This document shows positions 1 through 12,214 of a DNA stretch of 64,000 bases, piece by piece. The notes below the pieces were generated by a model. That model was not told where the DNA came from. It ran no database searches and saw only the letters and a list, made by a program, of their open reading frames with translations. The stretch is from Octopus vulgaris (lineage: Eukaryota), in contig OX597821.1 in the NCBI GenBank assembly GCA_951406725.2, forward strand, positions 42,470,001 through 42,534,000, given 5' to 3'. Position 1 is the first letter of the stretch, and each line of letters opens with the position of its first letter. A program made the translations under genes and the position numbers.

Positions 1-897
1 AAGGAATGAAGCTAGTATACTCCACTGGATATGTAATGTCAGTGTGCATACATGACAGAGTGTAAGTGCCCTGAGAGAAAAGTTGGACACAGGAAGCATC
101 AGATGTAGTGTGCAAGAGAGATGACTGTGTTGGTATGGTCATGTGTTGCATATGGATGAGGACAGCTGTGTGAAAAAGTGTCACACCCTAGAAGTAGAGG
201 GAACCTGTGGAAGAGGCAGACCCAGGAAGACCTGGAATGAGGTGTTGAAGCATGGCCTTTGAATGATGGGGCCTCACCGAGGTGATGACAAGTGACTGAG
301 ACCTTTGGAGATATGCTGCGCTTGAGAAGACCTGGCAAGCCAAGTGAGACCATAACTGTGGCCTATGCCAGTGCAGCATAACTGGCCCATTTAAGAATAC
401 CCTTCAATCATTTGGGCAATAAACTGTGCTTGCGAAGACCTGTTGAGGCAAGTTAAGTTGTTGTGGCCAATGACAGTACTGCCTGATTTGCACCTGTGCC
501 AGCGGCATGTAGAAAGTACCATGTAAGTGTGGTCAGTGCCAATGCCAGCTGATTGGTCCCATGTTAGTGGCAAGTAACAAGCACCATTCAAGCATGATTG
601 TTGCCAGTGCCACCTGACTGGCTCCTGTCTGGTGACAAGTAAAAAGTATCATCCAAGTGTGGCCGATGTCAGTACCAACTGACCGGCCGTCATGCTGGTG
701 GCATGTAAAAAGCACCCTACTACATTCTCAGAGTGGTTGGCATTAGGAAGGCCATTTAGCTGTAAAAACATTGCCTGATTGGATTGGAGCTTGGTCCAGC
801 CTTCTGGCTTGCCAGCCCTCAGTCAAACTGTCCAACCCATGCCAGCATTGAAAGCAGACACTAAATGATGATGACGACGATGATGATGATGATGATG
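1..897 (+). mobile_element. RTE-clade LINE, decayed 3' end with 3' UTR and (ATG)n tail
   Basis: Remnant LREKL...WYGHVLHMDEDSCVKKCHTLEVEGTCGRGRPRKTWNEV, homologous to the copies at 1706-3620 and 33066-36218. (ATG)n tail at 865-897. Confidence 0.85.
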
Positions 898-1644
898 GTA
901 TATATATATATATATATATATAATGTGTGTGTGTGTGTATATATATATTTGTGTATGTATATATATTTGTATGTATATATATATATGTATGTATATGTAT
1001 ATTTGTATGTGTATATATATGTAAAGCAGCAGAAAATTCAACTGGTTTTGTTGAATTTTCTGCTGCTTTAAATAAAGCACATTACTCTACCACTGGTATT
1101 TGAGTACTCTTTTTTCCAACTCATTTCACATTTATGTGTTTACTCCGGTATATATATATGTATATATATATATGTATGTATATGTATACGTGTGTATATA
1201 TATTTATATAATTAATCAAAGTTGGAAGATAAGTCCAGGTAGATACAAAGTCTCAGAGGAAGTCTGAAGAACATATAGTATTTCCAATAATCACTTTTGT
1301 CTTAATACATGATGTATGCAAGTCTAGAGAATATAAAACAAAGTTAACAATGGAAACTGGTATATTAATTGATTATTTATTTATTCTTACATCTATGAAA
1401 TCAAAGCATATAGACATTAATGAATAAGTCATGATGTAAATAAGAACTTTCTCTTAAACTCCCTGATGAAGCTATTTTGTTAAATAGATTGTATTGATTA
1501 ATTATTTAATTATATAATTATAAATGGATACGGCCTTGGTAAATCAGCTGAAACATGTGCTGATTAGTTATCAATGTCTATATTTTATGGATTTTATACA
1601 TATAAGAATAAATAATTAATTAATTAATATACCAGTTTTCATTG

Positions 1645-1685
<41 letters not shown>

Positions 1686-1705
1686 GGTATGTATATATGT
1701 ATGTA

Positions 1706-3620
1706 TCATCATCATCATCGTTTAACGTCCACTTTCCATGCTAGCATGGGTTGGACGATTTGACTGAAGTCTGGCGAACCAGGTGGCTGCACCAGACTCC
1801 AATCTGATCTGCAGAGTTTCTACAGCTGGATGCCCTTCCTTACACCAACCACTCCGAGAGTGTAGTGGGTGCTTTTACATTTTGATTTTGATTTCGATTC
1901 ACTTGCCTCAACAAGTCTTCACAAGCAGAGTTTAGTGTCCAATGAAGGAAAGGTATGCATAAGTGGACAGGTTACACCCATGGCATAGGCCACGAGGTTA
2001 TGGTCTCACTTGCACTTTCTGAGTCTTCTCAAGCACAGCATATTTCCAGAGGTCCTGGTCACTAGTCATTGCCTCAGTGAGGCCCAATGTTTGAAGGTCA
2101 TGCTTCACCACCTCATCTCAGGTCTTCCTAGGTCTACCTTTTCCACAGGTTCCCTCAACTGCTTGTGTGTGGCACTTTTTCACACAGCTATCCACTTCCA
2201 TTCTCACCACATGACCATACCAGCACAGTCATCTCTCTTGCACACAACATCTGATGCTTCTTAAGTCCAGCTTTTCTCTCAGGGCACTTACACTCTGTTG
2301 AGTATGCAAACTGACATTGCACATCTATCGGAGCATGCTGGCTTCATTCCTTGCGAGCTTACACATGTCCTCAGCAGTTACAGCCCATGTTTCACTGCCA
2401 TATAGCATGGCTGTTTGCACACATGCGTCATACAGTCTACTTTTTACTCTGAGCGAGAGGCCCTTTGTCACCAGCAGAGGTAAGAGCTCTCTGAACTTAG
2501 CCCATGCTATTCTTATTCTAGCCGCTACACTTTCAGTGCAACCTCCCCCACTACTGACTTGGTCACCTAGGTAACGGAAGCTATCAACTGCTAGTTTTTC
2601 TACCTGGAATGTGATGGAAGTTGTTCTCTGCACATTTTCAGTGTTATTTATTGCTCCCAAGCATCTGCCACATACAAAAACTATCTTCCCAGTTAGCCTT
2701 CCTTTGATATTGCTGGACCTCTTATGTGTCCATAGCTTAAACTGGGTACATCTTATAGAGTTTCTACCAACGCGTTTTCTACAGATTGAGCAGGGCCATC
2801 TACTTGAAGGGTTTGTGGTTTGCCTGCCTTCCTACTTATTAGGACTTTGGTTTTAGCTAGGTTGACTCTATGGCCCTTCGATTCTAATCCTTGTTTCCAT
2901 TCTTGAAACTTCTCTAGTTCTGATAGTGACTTAGCAATTAAAACAAGGTCATCAGCATAGAGGAGCTCCCAGGGGCATCCTGTCTTGAATTCCTCCATTA
3001 TTGCCTGGAGATCTATGATAAATAGGAGGGGGCTGAGGACTGAACCTTGGTGGACCCCTACCTCTACCCTGAATTCTTCAGTGTACTCGTTGCCAACCCT
3101 CAACTTACTGACAGCACGGCTCTCACTAACCATTCATCTTTCCCTAGTTTCCTCATTGACCACCAGATAAGGGATCGGGGGACCCTGTCAAAGGCTTTCT
3201 CCATGTCACCGAAAGCCAGGTACAGGGGCTTATCTTTAGCTAGGTATTTCTCCTCCAGCTGTCTTACAAGAAATATAGCATCAGTGATGCTTTTCTCTGG
3301 CACGAAACCAAACTGCATCTCATCTATACTGACTCTCTCCCTAATTAGTTGGGCTATGGCCCTCTCCATGATCTTCATTACCTGATCCAACAGCTTGATA
3401 CCTCTGTAATTATTTATATCTAAAGCGTCACCTTTTCCTTTGTAGCAGTTGACTATTATGCTGCTACACCAGTCATTGGGTATGACTCCTTCGTGTATCA
3501 CCTGGTTAACTATACGGGTGGCTAGGCTATAGCCGACACTGCCAGATATTTTGAGCATCTCTGCAGTAATTCCTGATGGGCCGGGGGCTTTCCTTGTCTT
3601 CATACTTTTAATTGCTTTAT
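1706..3620 (-). mobile_element. RTE-clade LINE, 5'-truncated, frameshifted RT
   Basis: ORF pieces contain KAPGPSGI, NYRGIKLL, QFGF, DMEKAFDRV, GVHQGSVLSPLLF, LYADDL and YGSETW. (CAT)n tail at 1706. Confidence 0.95.
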
Positions 3621-3876
3621 TGTTTTGGGGGCTATAGAACCATTTGAATGGTCTTAGGTTGACATCAAGAAAAGTTGAAAATGAGTTGGATTCATATTTT
3701 GCATCAAAATCTCAACAATTTTACAAGTGTGGCATTGATAAGCTTGTTGACAGATGGAATGAAGTTCTAAAAAGTAATGGAAATTATGTTAACGAATGAA
3801 TATTGTCTTAATCATAGGCTGTTTCATTTTTAATAGAGACCTTAAAATTGGCCATTACATTTGCACCAACCTGATA
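3621..3876 (+). mobile_element. mariner transposon 3' end (transposase C-terminus and TIR)
   Basis: Reads ENELDSYFASKSQQFYKCGIDKLVDRWNEVLKSNGNYVNE* and ends in the mariner-type TIR ...ttgcaccaacctgaTA. Confidence 0.85.
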
Positions 3877-3885
3877 CACACACAC

Positions 3886-4266
3886 ATCTTTTATTTTTTC
3901 AGTCATTGGACTGTAGTCATGCTGGCGCACTACTTTGAGGGGTTTTAGTTGAATGAATCAAACCCAGTACTTTCTTTTTAAGCCTGTTACTTATTCTATC
4001 GGTTTCTTATGTCGAACCACTAAGTTTGGGGACATAAACAAACCAACAACAGTTGTCAAGCAGTGAAGGGGACAAACACAAAGGCATACATAAATATATA
4101 TATGATGGGCTTCTTTCAGTTTCTGTCTACCAAATCCATTCACAAGGCTTTAATCAATCCAGTGCTATGGAAAAAGGCACTTGCCCAAGGTACCACACAG
4201 TGGGGCTGAACCCAGAACCATGTGGCTGAGAAACAAACTTCTTACCACATAGCCATGCCTGTGCCT
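3886..4266 (-). mobile_element. tRNA-derived SINE
   Basis: Reverse complement of the SINE at 6920-7318 (head ggcatggctatgtggtaagaag...ggttcag, ttgggcaagtg, aataagta). Confidence 0.8.
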
Positions 4267-4455
4267 ATCAGAGTCTGAAAAAAGAAAACATTCTTTTGTG
4301 AGATGAACTAACACACATGTCCTCCACACTTAATTGAAATTCAAAATAATTGAGGGGTTAGGGACATTCTGATTGTTAACTGACAATTTTGTTGATATTC
4401 TGACAACCTCTTAAGTGAGACAAAAGTAATTCACATTATAATTTATGTCTTATTG

Positions 4456-4781
4456 GTGAAGGTGTATGGCTTAGTGGTTAGGGTATTCAGCTCAGAGTTG
4501 TAAGGTTGTGAGTTCAATTCCTGGTGGCGCATTGTGTTCTTGGGCAAGACACTTTACTTTACATTGCTCCAGTCCACTTAGCTGGCAAAAATGAGTAGTA
4601 CTTGTATTTCAAAGAACTAACCTTGTCAGATTCTGTGTCACACTGAATCTCCCTGAGAACTACGTTAGGGGTACGCATGTCTGTAGAGTGCTAAGCCACT
4701 TGCATGTTAATTTCATGAGCAGGCTGTTCCATTGCTCAGATCAACCAGAACCCTTGTTGTCAGAACTGATAGAGTGCCAGT
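4456..4781 (+). mobile_element. tRNA-derived SINE
   Basis: A-box tggcttagtgg and B-box gagttcaattcc, followed by the core ttgggcaagacactttact. Confidence 0.75.
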
Positions 4782-4916
4782 TTAGTATGTTTTATTGACA
4801 CTGATCTCCTGTTTTTTTTTTGTTTTTTTTAAATTTAATCAAATGTATCTTTCCAGAAATATTATCCCTCTTACATTTATTGAGTTTATTAATTCTTTGC
4901 TCTATGCTTTCTACAG

Positions 4917-5026
4917 GTTATCAGTCCGGCATCAGTTGATAAAGTTTGGTCTCTGTCCCCGACTGTGAAATCCCTTAAGCTGTATGTCAATCATTATAAG
5001 AATATGTCTTTCAAAGCCGGCCAGTG
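4917..5026 (+). CDS. OXNAD1: OXNAD1-like oxidoreductase, internal coding exon (first seen in window; 5' exons probably upstream)
   Basis: Acceptor ttctacag|GTT and donor TG|gtaagt. Translates VISPASVDKVWSLSPTVKSLKLYVNHYKNMSFKAGQ(W), the FAD-binding FR-type start (SPxVKSLxL...FKAGQW) of OXNAD1. Confidence 0.9.
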
Positions 5027-5394
5027 GTAAGTTAATATAATTTCTATAAGGTTTCATAGATGCTGTGATTGAGTGAATGAGTGAGAAGGTAGTGAACAAA
5101 TGAATAATATTGAGCAACCAAGTGGCTGAGTAACTGATTGAGTGGATAGATCATTGAGTGATTGATTAATTGAGTGAGTAAATGAATAAATCTGAACTCC
5201 TAGATTCTTCAGTACTCTTGAGTTTTACACAAAGGCAAGATTATTGGTGTCTACCATTTCCTTAGGAAAATACAGGTGTATCTGTGTATATGAATTAAAA
5301 GAAAGATACTTCTGTCTTCTGACTATTTTCTCTATCATTATTAATATTTTCTACTGTGCACTTGGAAAAACTCTTTCTCTTATGTGTATGTGTA

Positions 5395-5480
<86 letters not shown>

Positions 5481-5483
<3 letters not shown>

Positions 5484-5745
5484 GAGGTGCAATGGCCCAG
5501 TGGTTAGGGCAGCGAACTCGCAGTCTTAGGATCACGGTTTCGATTCTCAGACCAGGCGTTGTGCGAAAACACCTAAAAGCTCCACGAGGCTCCGGCAGGG
5601 GGTGGTGATCCCTGCTGTACTCTTTCACCAATCTTTCTCTCACTCTTTCTTCTGTTGACCTGCTCGCTTAGCCAGCGGGGTGGTGTCATTCGAAGGCTAA
5701 AACAATGCGAACACATTGTGACTAGCGATGTGTAGCAACATATAT
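5481..5745 (+). mobile_element. tRNA-derived SINE (same family as 32647-33030)
   Basis: A-box tggcccagtgg, B-box ggtttcgattc, and shared body aaagctccacgaggctc...ctgctgtactctttcac. Confidence 0.8.
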
Positions 5746-6055
5746 ATAGTGTCATCATCTTCATCATCCTTTACCATTTTCCATGCTGGCATGGGTTGGA
5801 GGGTTTGACCAAAGCTGGCAAGCTGTGAAGCAGCACCAGGTTCCAGTCTGATTTGGCTTGGTTTCTTCAGTTGGATGCCCTTCTTAATATCAACTACTTT
5901 ACAGTAAGCATTGGGTACCTTTAACGTGGCATCACAGGAGAGCTTTAACTGTGGCACTGGCATGAGTGCTTTTTACGTGACACTGGCACATGACTTTTGT
6001 AGGTCAATCCTCTTTACTAGGAGTAGTGGCCTTAACACTTCTGCTATGAGGAACA

Positions 6056-6096
<41 letters not shown>

Positions 6097-6465
6097 TGTG
6101 TGTGTGCGTGTATTTCCTTGTCTTGACATTATGTGATAGTTGCAAATAAGCATAGCCATCATATAGTGATGTCCTTCATTTGCAATCTTCCACAAAAACA
6201 TGCCTGGCCATGAGGAAATATGACCTTCCTTGAGAACATGTGAGGGCTGGTGACACAGAAAATCTACCTCAACAAATCCTGTTTAACCCATGCAAGAATG
6301 GAAAAAAATAGACATTAAAATGACTATGATGATGATGATGATGATTATATTTATCACTGCCATGGCAATTTCTATCACTGTATCCATTTATAACTATTAT
6401 TGCCATCTTTTTCACTGTTCTTATACTGTAACCCATTGATGGATAGTTACTCATCTGATTTATAG

Positions 6466-6607
6466 GCTTGACCTGATGATCCCAAACATCAGTAGAATAG
6501 GTGGCTACTCTATGGTCAGCAGTCCAGTTAGGTTTGAGAAGGATGGAATTCTGCAGCTGGCTGTTAAATTTAGTGACCATGCTCCCACGTATTGGGTCCA
6601 CAAGCAA
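6466..6607 (+). CDS. OXNAD1: OXNAD1-like coding exon
   Basis: Acceptor tttatag|G completes the Trp codon, donor CAA|gtatgt. Translates LDLMIPNISRIGGYSMVSSPVRFEKDGILQLAVKFSDHAPTYWVHKQ, matching the GGFSxxSSP...LAVK...HPP..WVH motifs. Not in the ORF track. Confidence 0.92.
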
Positions 6608-6689
6608 GTATGTTTTATGGTCATTTTTCTCTACTAAATATTTGTATGTTAATGATACATTGAAATAGTTGACACTATGTATGTATGTA

Positions 6690-6739
<50 letters not shown>

Positions 6740-6919
6740 TGTCTAGCTGTGTGGTGAAGAAATTTGCTTCCCAGCTACATGGTTTCAGGTTCAGTTCTAT
6801 TGTGTAGCATCGTTGGCAAATGTCTTCTACTTAGGCCTGGCCCAACCAAAGCTTTGTGAGTGGAACTGGTAGACAGAAACTGAGAGAATATATGTGTGTG
6901 TGTATACATATATTATACA

Positions 6920-7318
6920 GCGCAGGAGTGGCTGTATGGTAAGTAGCTTGCTTACCAACCACATGGTTCCAGGTTCAGTCCCACTGCATAGCACCTTGGG
7001 CAAGTGCCTTCTACTATAGCCTCAGGCTGACCAAAGCCTTGTGAGTGGATTTGGTAGACGGAAACTGAAAGAAGCCTGTCGTATATGTATGTATATATAT
7101 ATATATGTATGTCTGTTTGTGTTTGAGTGTCTTGACAACCGATGCTGTTGTGTTTATGTCCCCGTAACTTAGCAGTTCGGCAAAAGAGACTGATAGAATA
7201 AGTACTAGGCTTACTAAGAATAAGTCCTGGGGTCGATTTGCTCGACTAAAGGCGGTGCTCCAGCATGGCCGCAGTCAAATGACTGAAACAAATAAAAGAG
7301 TAAAAGAGAGTAAAGAGT
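6920..7318 (+). mobile_element. tRNA-derived SINE, near full length
   Basis: Head gcgcaggagtggctgtatggtaagtagc...ggttcagtccc, central microsatellite and (gagtaaa)-type tail. Further copies at 19407-19814 (-) and 55556-55720 (+). Confidence 0.85.
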
Positions 7319-7333
7319 ATATATGTGTATGCA

Positions 7334-8555
7334 TATAAACGAGAAAGAAGCAACAAGAATGGATTAGTTTTTAGTACAATTGTTTCATACAAAGACAGGC
7401 TTTATTAAAAGTTGCAAATATTGCAGCAGATAAAAGTGTCCCGTACTCATCAGCTAAAACACATATGAGTTCTCCAAACATCTTAGTGGGTGAGGCTATA
7501 CTCATGAAGTATTGGAGATAATTTCATTAAAAGCAGATTTAGGTTGTAAACAGACTTCCAAAGTTCTTTAATGATGATGCACAGTCTTATCACAGGTTTT
7601 TAAAAATACTTATTAGCTTCACAGAGAAGGTGAATTAATCCGTAGTGTAGATGTAAATTTCCAGAGATATGAGGAGGAATTTCATACTCACAGACGATGA
7701 ATTTATCCATGGTTAATCCACAATGAGGTGGGTATAATTTCATGCTATATGATAAGGTATTTGTCACATTACTGTTCTCTTCACAAGACTGCTATGTTAT
7801 GACTTCTAAAGGCTGAAGGAATTTTTGTGGAGCAAAGAAAAGAAAAGAAAGGAAAGAGAAGAAAAGAGACAAGGAAAAGGAAAAAAAGAAAAAGAAAAAA
7901 AAAGGAAAAGAAAAAAGAAAAAGGGGAGAAGAAAAGAAAAAAGAAAAAGAAAAAGGGAAAGAAGGGAGAAAAGAAAAAACGCCCACATAGAGTATACTGT
8001 GACAACTGAGAGGGAAAGGGGTCGCAGGTGACCCACTACACAGAAGAATTTGTAGACTGCCTGGCTGGCTTCGAATTTGCAGGAATCTAAGAACTATAAG
8101 GAGAATATTATTTTTGACCAGTAAACAGCTATTTATTGCCAACCTGACATAGCTGAAAGCAGATATGAGAATCTAAAGAGATAACAAGGTCAGGGATAGA
8201 GGGGTCAAAGGTTATCATCAAAAGGAAATACATTAAGAGAAAAAAATAAGTGCAATCCTAACAAGAGGTCATTTAAATTTATTTATTTATTTATTACTGT
8301 TACTGTCTTAAATTTTTGTTACTATCTATACATTGACAGACTACAGGTCAAAACTTAGAAGTTAGTTTACAAGGTGTGAGGGAGTTGCCTATTATATTGA
8401 AATTTCTCATACTACTTTCAAGGGAGTAGCATTACTTATTTAATTTTGTAATAGAATTATGAAGTCTTAGTAACTTATTTTATTTTATTTTATTAATTGT
8501 AGGAAACAATTGTACTAAAAACTAATCCATTCTTGTTGCTTCTTTCTCGTTTATA
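7334..8555 (-). mobile_element. Penelope-like non-autonomous element with perfect 53-bp inverted ends
   Basis: 7334-7386 is the exact reverse complement of 8503-8555. The left end carries a hammerhead motif and there is an internal purine tract at 7825-7980. Confidence 0.7.
7369..7459 (-). ncRNA. Type I hammerhead ribozyme (palindromic stem III)
   Basis: Minus strand reads UUUUAG-CUGAUGA-GUAC-[about 57 nt loop]-GUAU-GAAA-CAAUUG-UA-CUAAAA, giving a 6-bp stem I, intact core and GUA cleavage triplet. Confidence 0.75.
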
Positions 8556-9444
8556 ATCACCCCACATTACTGTATGGTTAACACCATATAGTTTTCTGGT
8601 GCATCTAAGTTAAGTACCGCATTCAAGTAAATTCATTGGAATTGACTTGAATCTTAATTGCTTTTATTGTGTATGCATATATATATATATATATATCTGT
8701 GAGTGTGTGTATATGTATGTGTGTGTGTGTGTAAAAACATCGTTGATGTCACATACTTAATGGATGTGTTTAGTTTGATCACTTTGAGACAGTAGTATTT
8801 TTTGTCCACAGAAAGTCCCGTTAAGATGTAGAATGTTAAAAACACTGAATACCTCAAAACCAGGTGAGATGAATTGCCCTGTAGGTGAATGTGAATGGCA
8901 CATATTAATATTTTTCTGTTATTTCAGTTCATCAGTGCTGTATACACTGTATACCTTGTTTTACTTGAGTAATGTTATTACACATCAGCAGATAGATTCT
9001 ACACTATTTGCTTATACCTCAGACCAGTGATTTGTTTTAAGGGTGACTCAACTATGCTGTACTGATGAGTTAAAATAACAGTGAAACATTGATATTTGTC
9101 ATTCTTGTCCACCTCTGGGGCAGTTCACTTCGTCTGGTTTTGTATAATGCAAGATAGCTATTTATCTCCTCTACAGCAAGAAACATGCTTTGGTCCCTTT
9201 CTTCATACTTTAACCTTTCATCACATAGCATAAACCTGCTTTCCTCTCTACTGTAGCCCCACTCTGTCAAAAGGAATCTTAGTCTTGCAAGCTGCATAGT
9301 CATGTGATTTCACTTGTGCTGGTGCCTCTAAAAAAAGAATGTTGTCATCAATGTCATAATTTAATCCCAGGTATTATTCTATCACCAACAGTATTTTCAG
9401 CAATAGCTTCACCAGACACTCATCTCTCACTTTGGATGTTTCAG

Positions 9445-9693
9445 TGTGCTGTTGGCAATACAGTTTCCATCTCCTTTGGTGGTGAGGTTTTCTATGACCC
9501 CAAACCAGAAGACTCAAGCCAAGATTTGCTTCTAATTGGTGGAGGAATTGGAGTCAATCCACTTTGTAGTATCATGAATCGAGTTGCAGACTTCAACTTA
9601 GCAAAGCAATCTACTGAAAATTCTTCAGGTTATCAACCAGGAAACACTCTTCTTTTGTATTCCTCAAGTACTGCATCAGAGCTTTTATTTAAG
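9445..9693 (+). CDS. OXNAD1: OXNAD1-like coding exon (NAD-binding domain)
   Basis: Acceptor tttcag|TGT, donor AAG|gtaac, 249 nt, phase 0/0. Translates CAVGNTVSISFGGEVFYDP...LLLIGGGIGVNPLCSI...LLYSSSTASELLFK with the GGxGxNP NAD-binding motif. Confidence 0.93.
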
Positions 9694-9748
9694 GTAACAT
9701 TTACACATTTTCTTTGCTTTTGCTTTTATTAATTTGGTTTTATTTGCA

Positions 9749-9779
<31 letters not shown>

Positions 9780-10319
9780 AGCACACACACACACATGCTC
9801 ACACACACATTTAGTGATACAAAGAGGAAAATAGAACTCAAAACATGAGTATATATATTCTTTATTAATAATCAGCAGAAGTTTGATATATTTGCTAAAT
9901 GCTAATGTCTCAATCTCTTTGTAACTTCTGCTAATCCCTTTTAGATATATTAAATATTTTCACACTTAGCATCAACAACCTTACACTGTTTGAACTATTC
10001 AAGGAGAAAGAGCATTTTGCTATTTATGCATCTTCAAAAACGTGTTACAGTTTGCAAGGCTTGTCTTTGTATAATAGTGTATTCTTATATATTGCTTTCA
10101 AATTTTTGCCCAAAACCAGCAGTTTTGGGGAGAGTGTTAAATCAATTACATCAAACCTAGTGCTCAACTGGTACTTATTTTACTGACCCTGAAGGGATGA
10201 AGGACAAAGTTGATCTTGACAGGATATGAACATAAGTACAGACTAAATGCTGCTAAGCATTTTGCCTGTCAAAGCTGCTTAGCACAGATTGACCTTGAAC
10301 TCTGCTGTGCTTGTGCACT

Positions 10320-10625
10320 AAGTTTTAATGTTCTAGCTCACTTCCATTGTTTACAGCAGTGCTTGGAAGGAAGGTGTGTAGCATGTGATCATTGCATTGA
10401 CCATCGCAGAAGAAGTTGAGCAGAGATTCTGCATCAAATTTTTGCCAAAAGCTTGGCGATACCTGCTCAGAGGTCTATGCAAAGTTTTCAAAATGTTTTC
10501 ATCGTTCACGACACGACCAAGGAGATCTTGTGCAACTGAAACCCGAGTGTCCTTTTGGTCAACTGAAAGCAGTTTTGGCACAAACTTGGCAGACACATGT
10601 CCCATAGCCAAATCTTCTTTGGTAA
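10320..10625. mobile_element. mariner fragment with internal inversion
   Basis: The + strand gives VEQRFCIKF/CQKLGDTCSEVYAK (N-terminal HTH). The abutting - strand gives EDLAMGHVSAKFVPKLLSVDQKDTRVSVAQDLL (the WVPxxL linker region). Confidence 0.8.
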
Positions 10626-11190
10626 TAATTATTGTTTTCACTTATGTATAATGTGAGAAATTAAACTGTTTTGGTACCAACCAGCCATAGACCATAATTT
10701 GTTCTATGTTACAAGCTTCCTGTTTTTAATTGATCTAAATTATAACATTGCTTCAAAATTTTGTGTTAATTAAAGTTCTAAACACTAGATTAATTATGAC
10801 ATTTTACTAAAGTTATTTTCCTAAATTCTTTATTATCTTCAAAATTAATTAAAACAAAGGTAGTGTACTTCAATATAAATATGTTAACAAAAGATCTAAA
10901 AGTAACAAAAGATGATGTTGGGTTACCGATTGTTAAAGTAGAGATTGGTGAAGGAAGATCTTATGTAATGTGGCAAGTATAATTTATTGAAGTTAGATAG
11001 GATAGAGAAAACTAGAGCTAATAGATGTTCCTTCATTCTGAAGGTCAATAGCAAATAATCACTAGAAAATGTTGTGTCCCCGTCTAATACACAATTTACT
11101 ACCAATAACATACAAACATCAGTGTAGCAGTTTCTGCTATTGAATATTGCACCTACATTTTCTTCAGTTCTGTTCTTTACTTTCTACCAG

Positions 11191-11281
11191 GATGATTTAG
11201 ATTTGCTACAGAAGAAACATGACAACATTCACTGCCGTTATTTTGTGACCCAAGAGGAATCTAAAACTGATGACATTGCTG
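11191..11281 (+). CDS. OXNAD1: OXNAD1-like coding exon
   Basis: Acceptor tttctaccag|GAT, donor G|gtcagt, phase 0/1. Translates DDLDLLQKKHDNIHCRYFVTQEESKTDDIA. Confidence 0.85.
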
Positions 11282-11399
11282 GTCAGTCAGCTTTTTTATA
11301 TTTTCTTTTTGTTTTAATGACTTTACTACATTTCTTTTTGTATGATTACAATGGTGCTACAAGTTCAGGGATTGACTCGGAAGCCTTAGTCTTATTCCC

Positions 11400-12110
11400 C
11401 CCCCCACTCTCCATTGGAGCTTTGGGCAACAAAAGATTTCCACCTAGTATGGTCACAAGTCCTAGCATGAATCTGCTTCCTGACCAGGCCCATACCTGCC
11501 AGGTCCTCCTGAGCAGTCCTCAACCAGGTTTACACAGTTCTACCTCACCTTCCTATATTAATTCTTTAGTTTCTACTCATGAGAGCCTCACAGTCTCTTT
11601 GTAGGTATGCATAGCATCTGGCTGAGCATCTACACCATCTCATGGTGATGGTAACCTGTAAGTTGCTCAACCTGTCCATCTTTATAACTCCTTCATTCAT
11701 GATGTGATCACACCAATAAATTCTTAGTATGGTCCTAAGACAACGTCTGTGAAAGACATCTGTAGTGTTATTGATTTTGGTGGTCTTTTTCAAAGTTTCA
11801 CAAGCACAAATTACTGCTGGCATAACAATGAATGTGTACAGGTGGGGTTTGGTGCCTGGGTTGATGGAGTAGTTGGACCATACAGCCTTCAGGTACTGGA
11901 AGATAGATGCAGCTTTGCCATATCGCCTCTTCACATCACTTTCTGAGTTTCCTCCTTTAACAATGTTTCTGCCCTGCTTCTTGAATGAATCAACGATCTC
12001 CAGAGTTTGTCCCTTTGACCAGACTTACTGCTGTCCTCACCAATAATCATAACTTTAGTCTTTTTATCACTAGACACTGAAGCCACTGGTTTACATTCCA
12101 TCAATTCACA
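11400..12110 (-). mobile_element. RTE-type LINE relic (RT C-terminal region)
   Basis: KRRYGKAASIFQYLKAVWS...CACET...DVFHRRCLRTILRIYWCDHIMNE. Confidence 0.8.
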
Positions 12111-12214
12111 ATTCTCTTTTTTTTTTTCATTTGCTGGGTCTGGTGGAAGGAGCAGTACTCAAGATCTTCATAAACCTTCAAAGACTGGTGATACAGATTC
12201 TGTTAATGTTTGCT

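Noticed and set aside
5481-5560. tRNA gene (also 32647, 4460 and 6920)
   Set aside because: The A and B boxes run into SINE bodies with no closed cloverleaf, so these are SINE heads.
7781-8142. Lys/Arg- or Phe-rich ORFs, and the many YI/HT/CV-repeat ORFs elsewhere
   Set aside because: They are translations of purine tracts and microsatellites.
9062-9095. CTGATGA-GTTA-AAA-TAAC-AGT-GAAA-CATTG hammerhead-like motif
   Set aside because: There are three extra bases before GAAA, no UH cleavage site and no stem I.
9304-9444. N-terminal extensions of the OXNAD1 ORFs (also 11282-11604 and 13460-13526)
   Set aside because: This is intron sequence outside clear splice sites. The homologous segment is encoded by the exon at 6466-6607.
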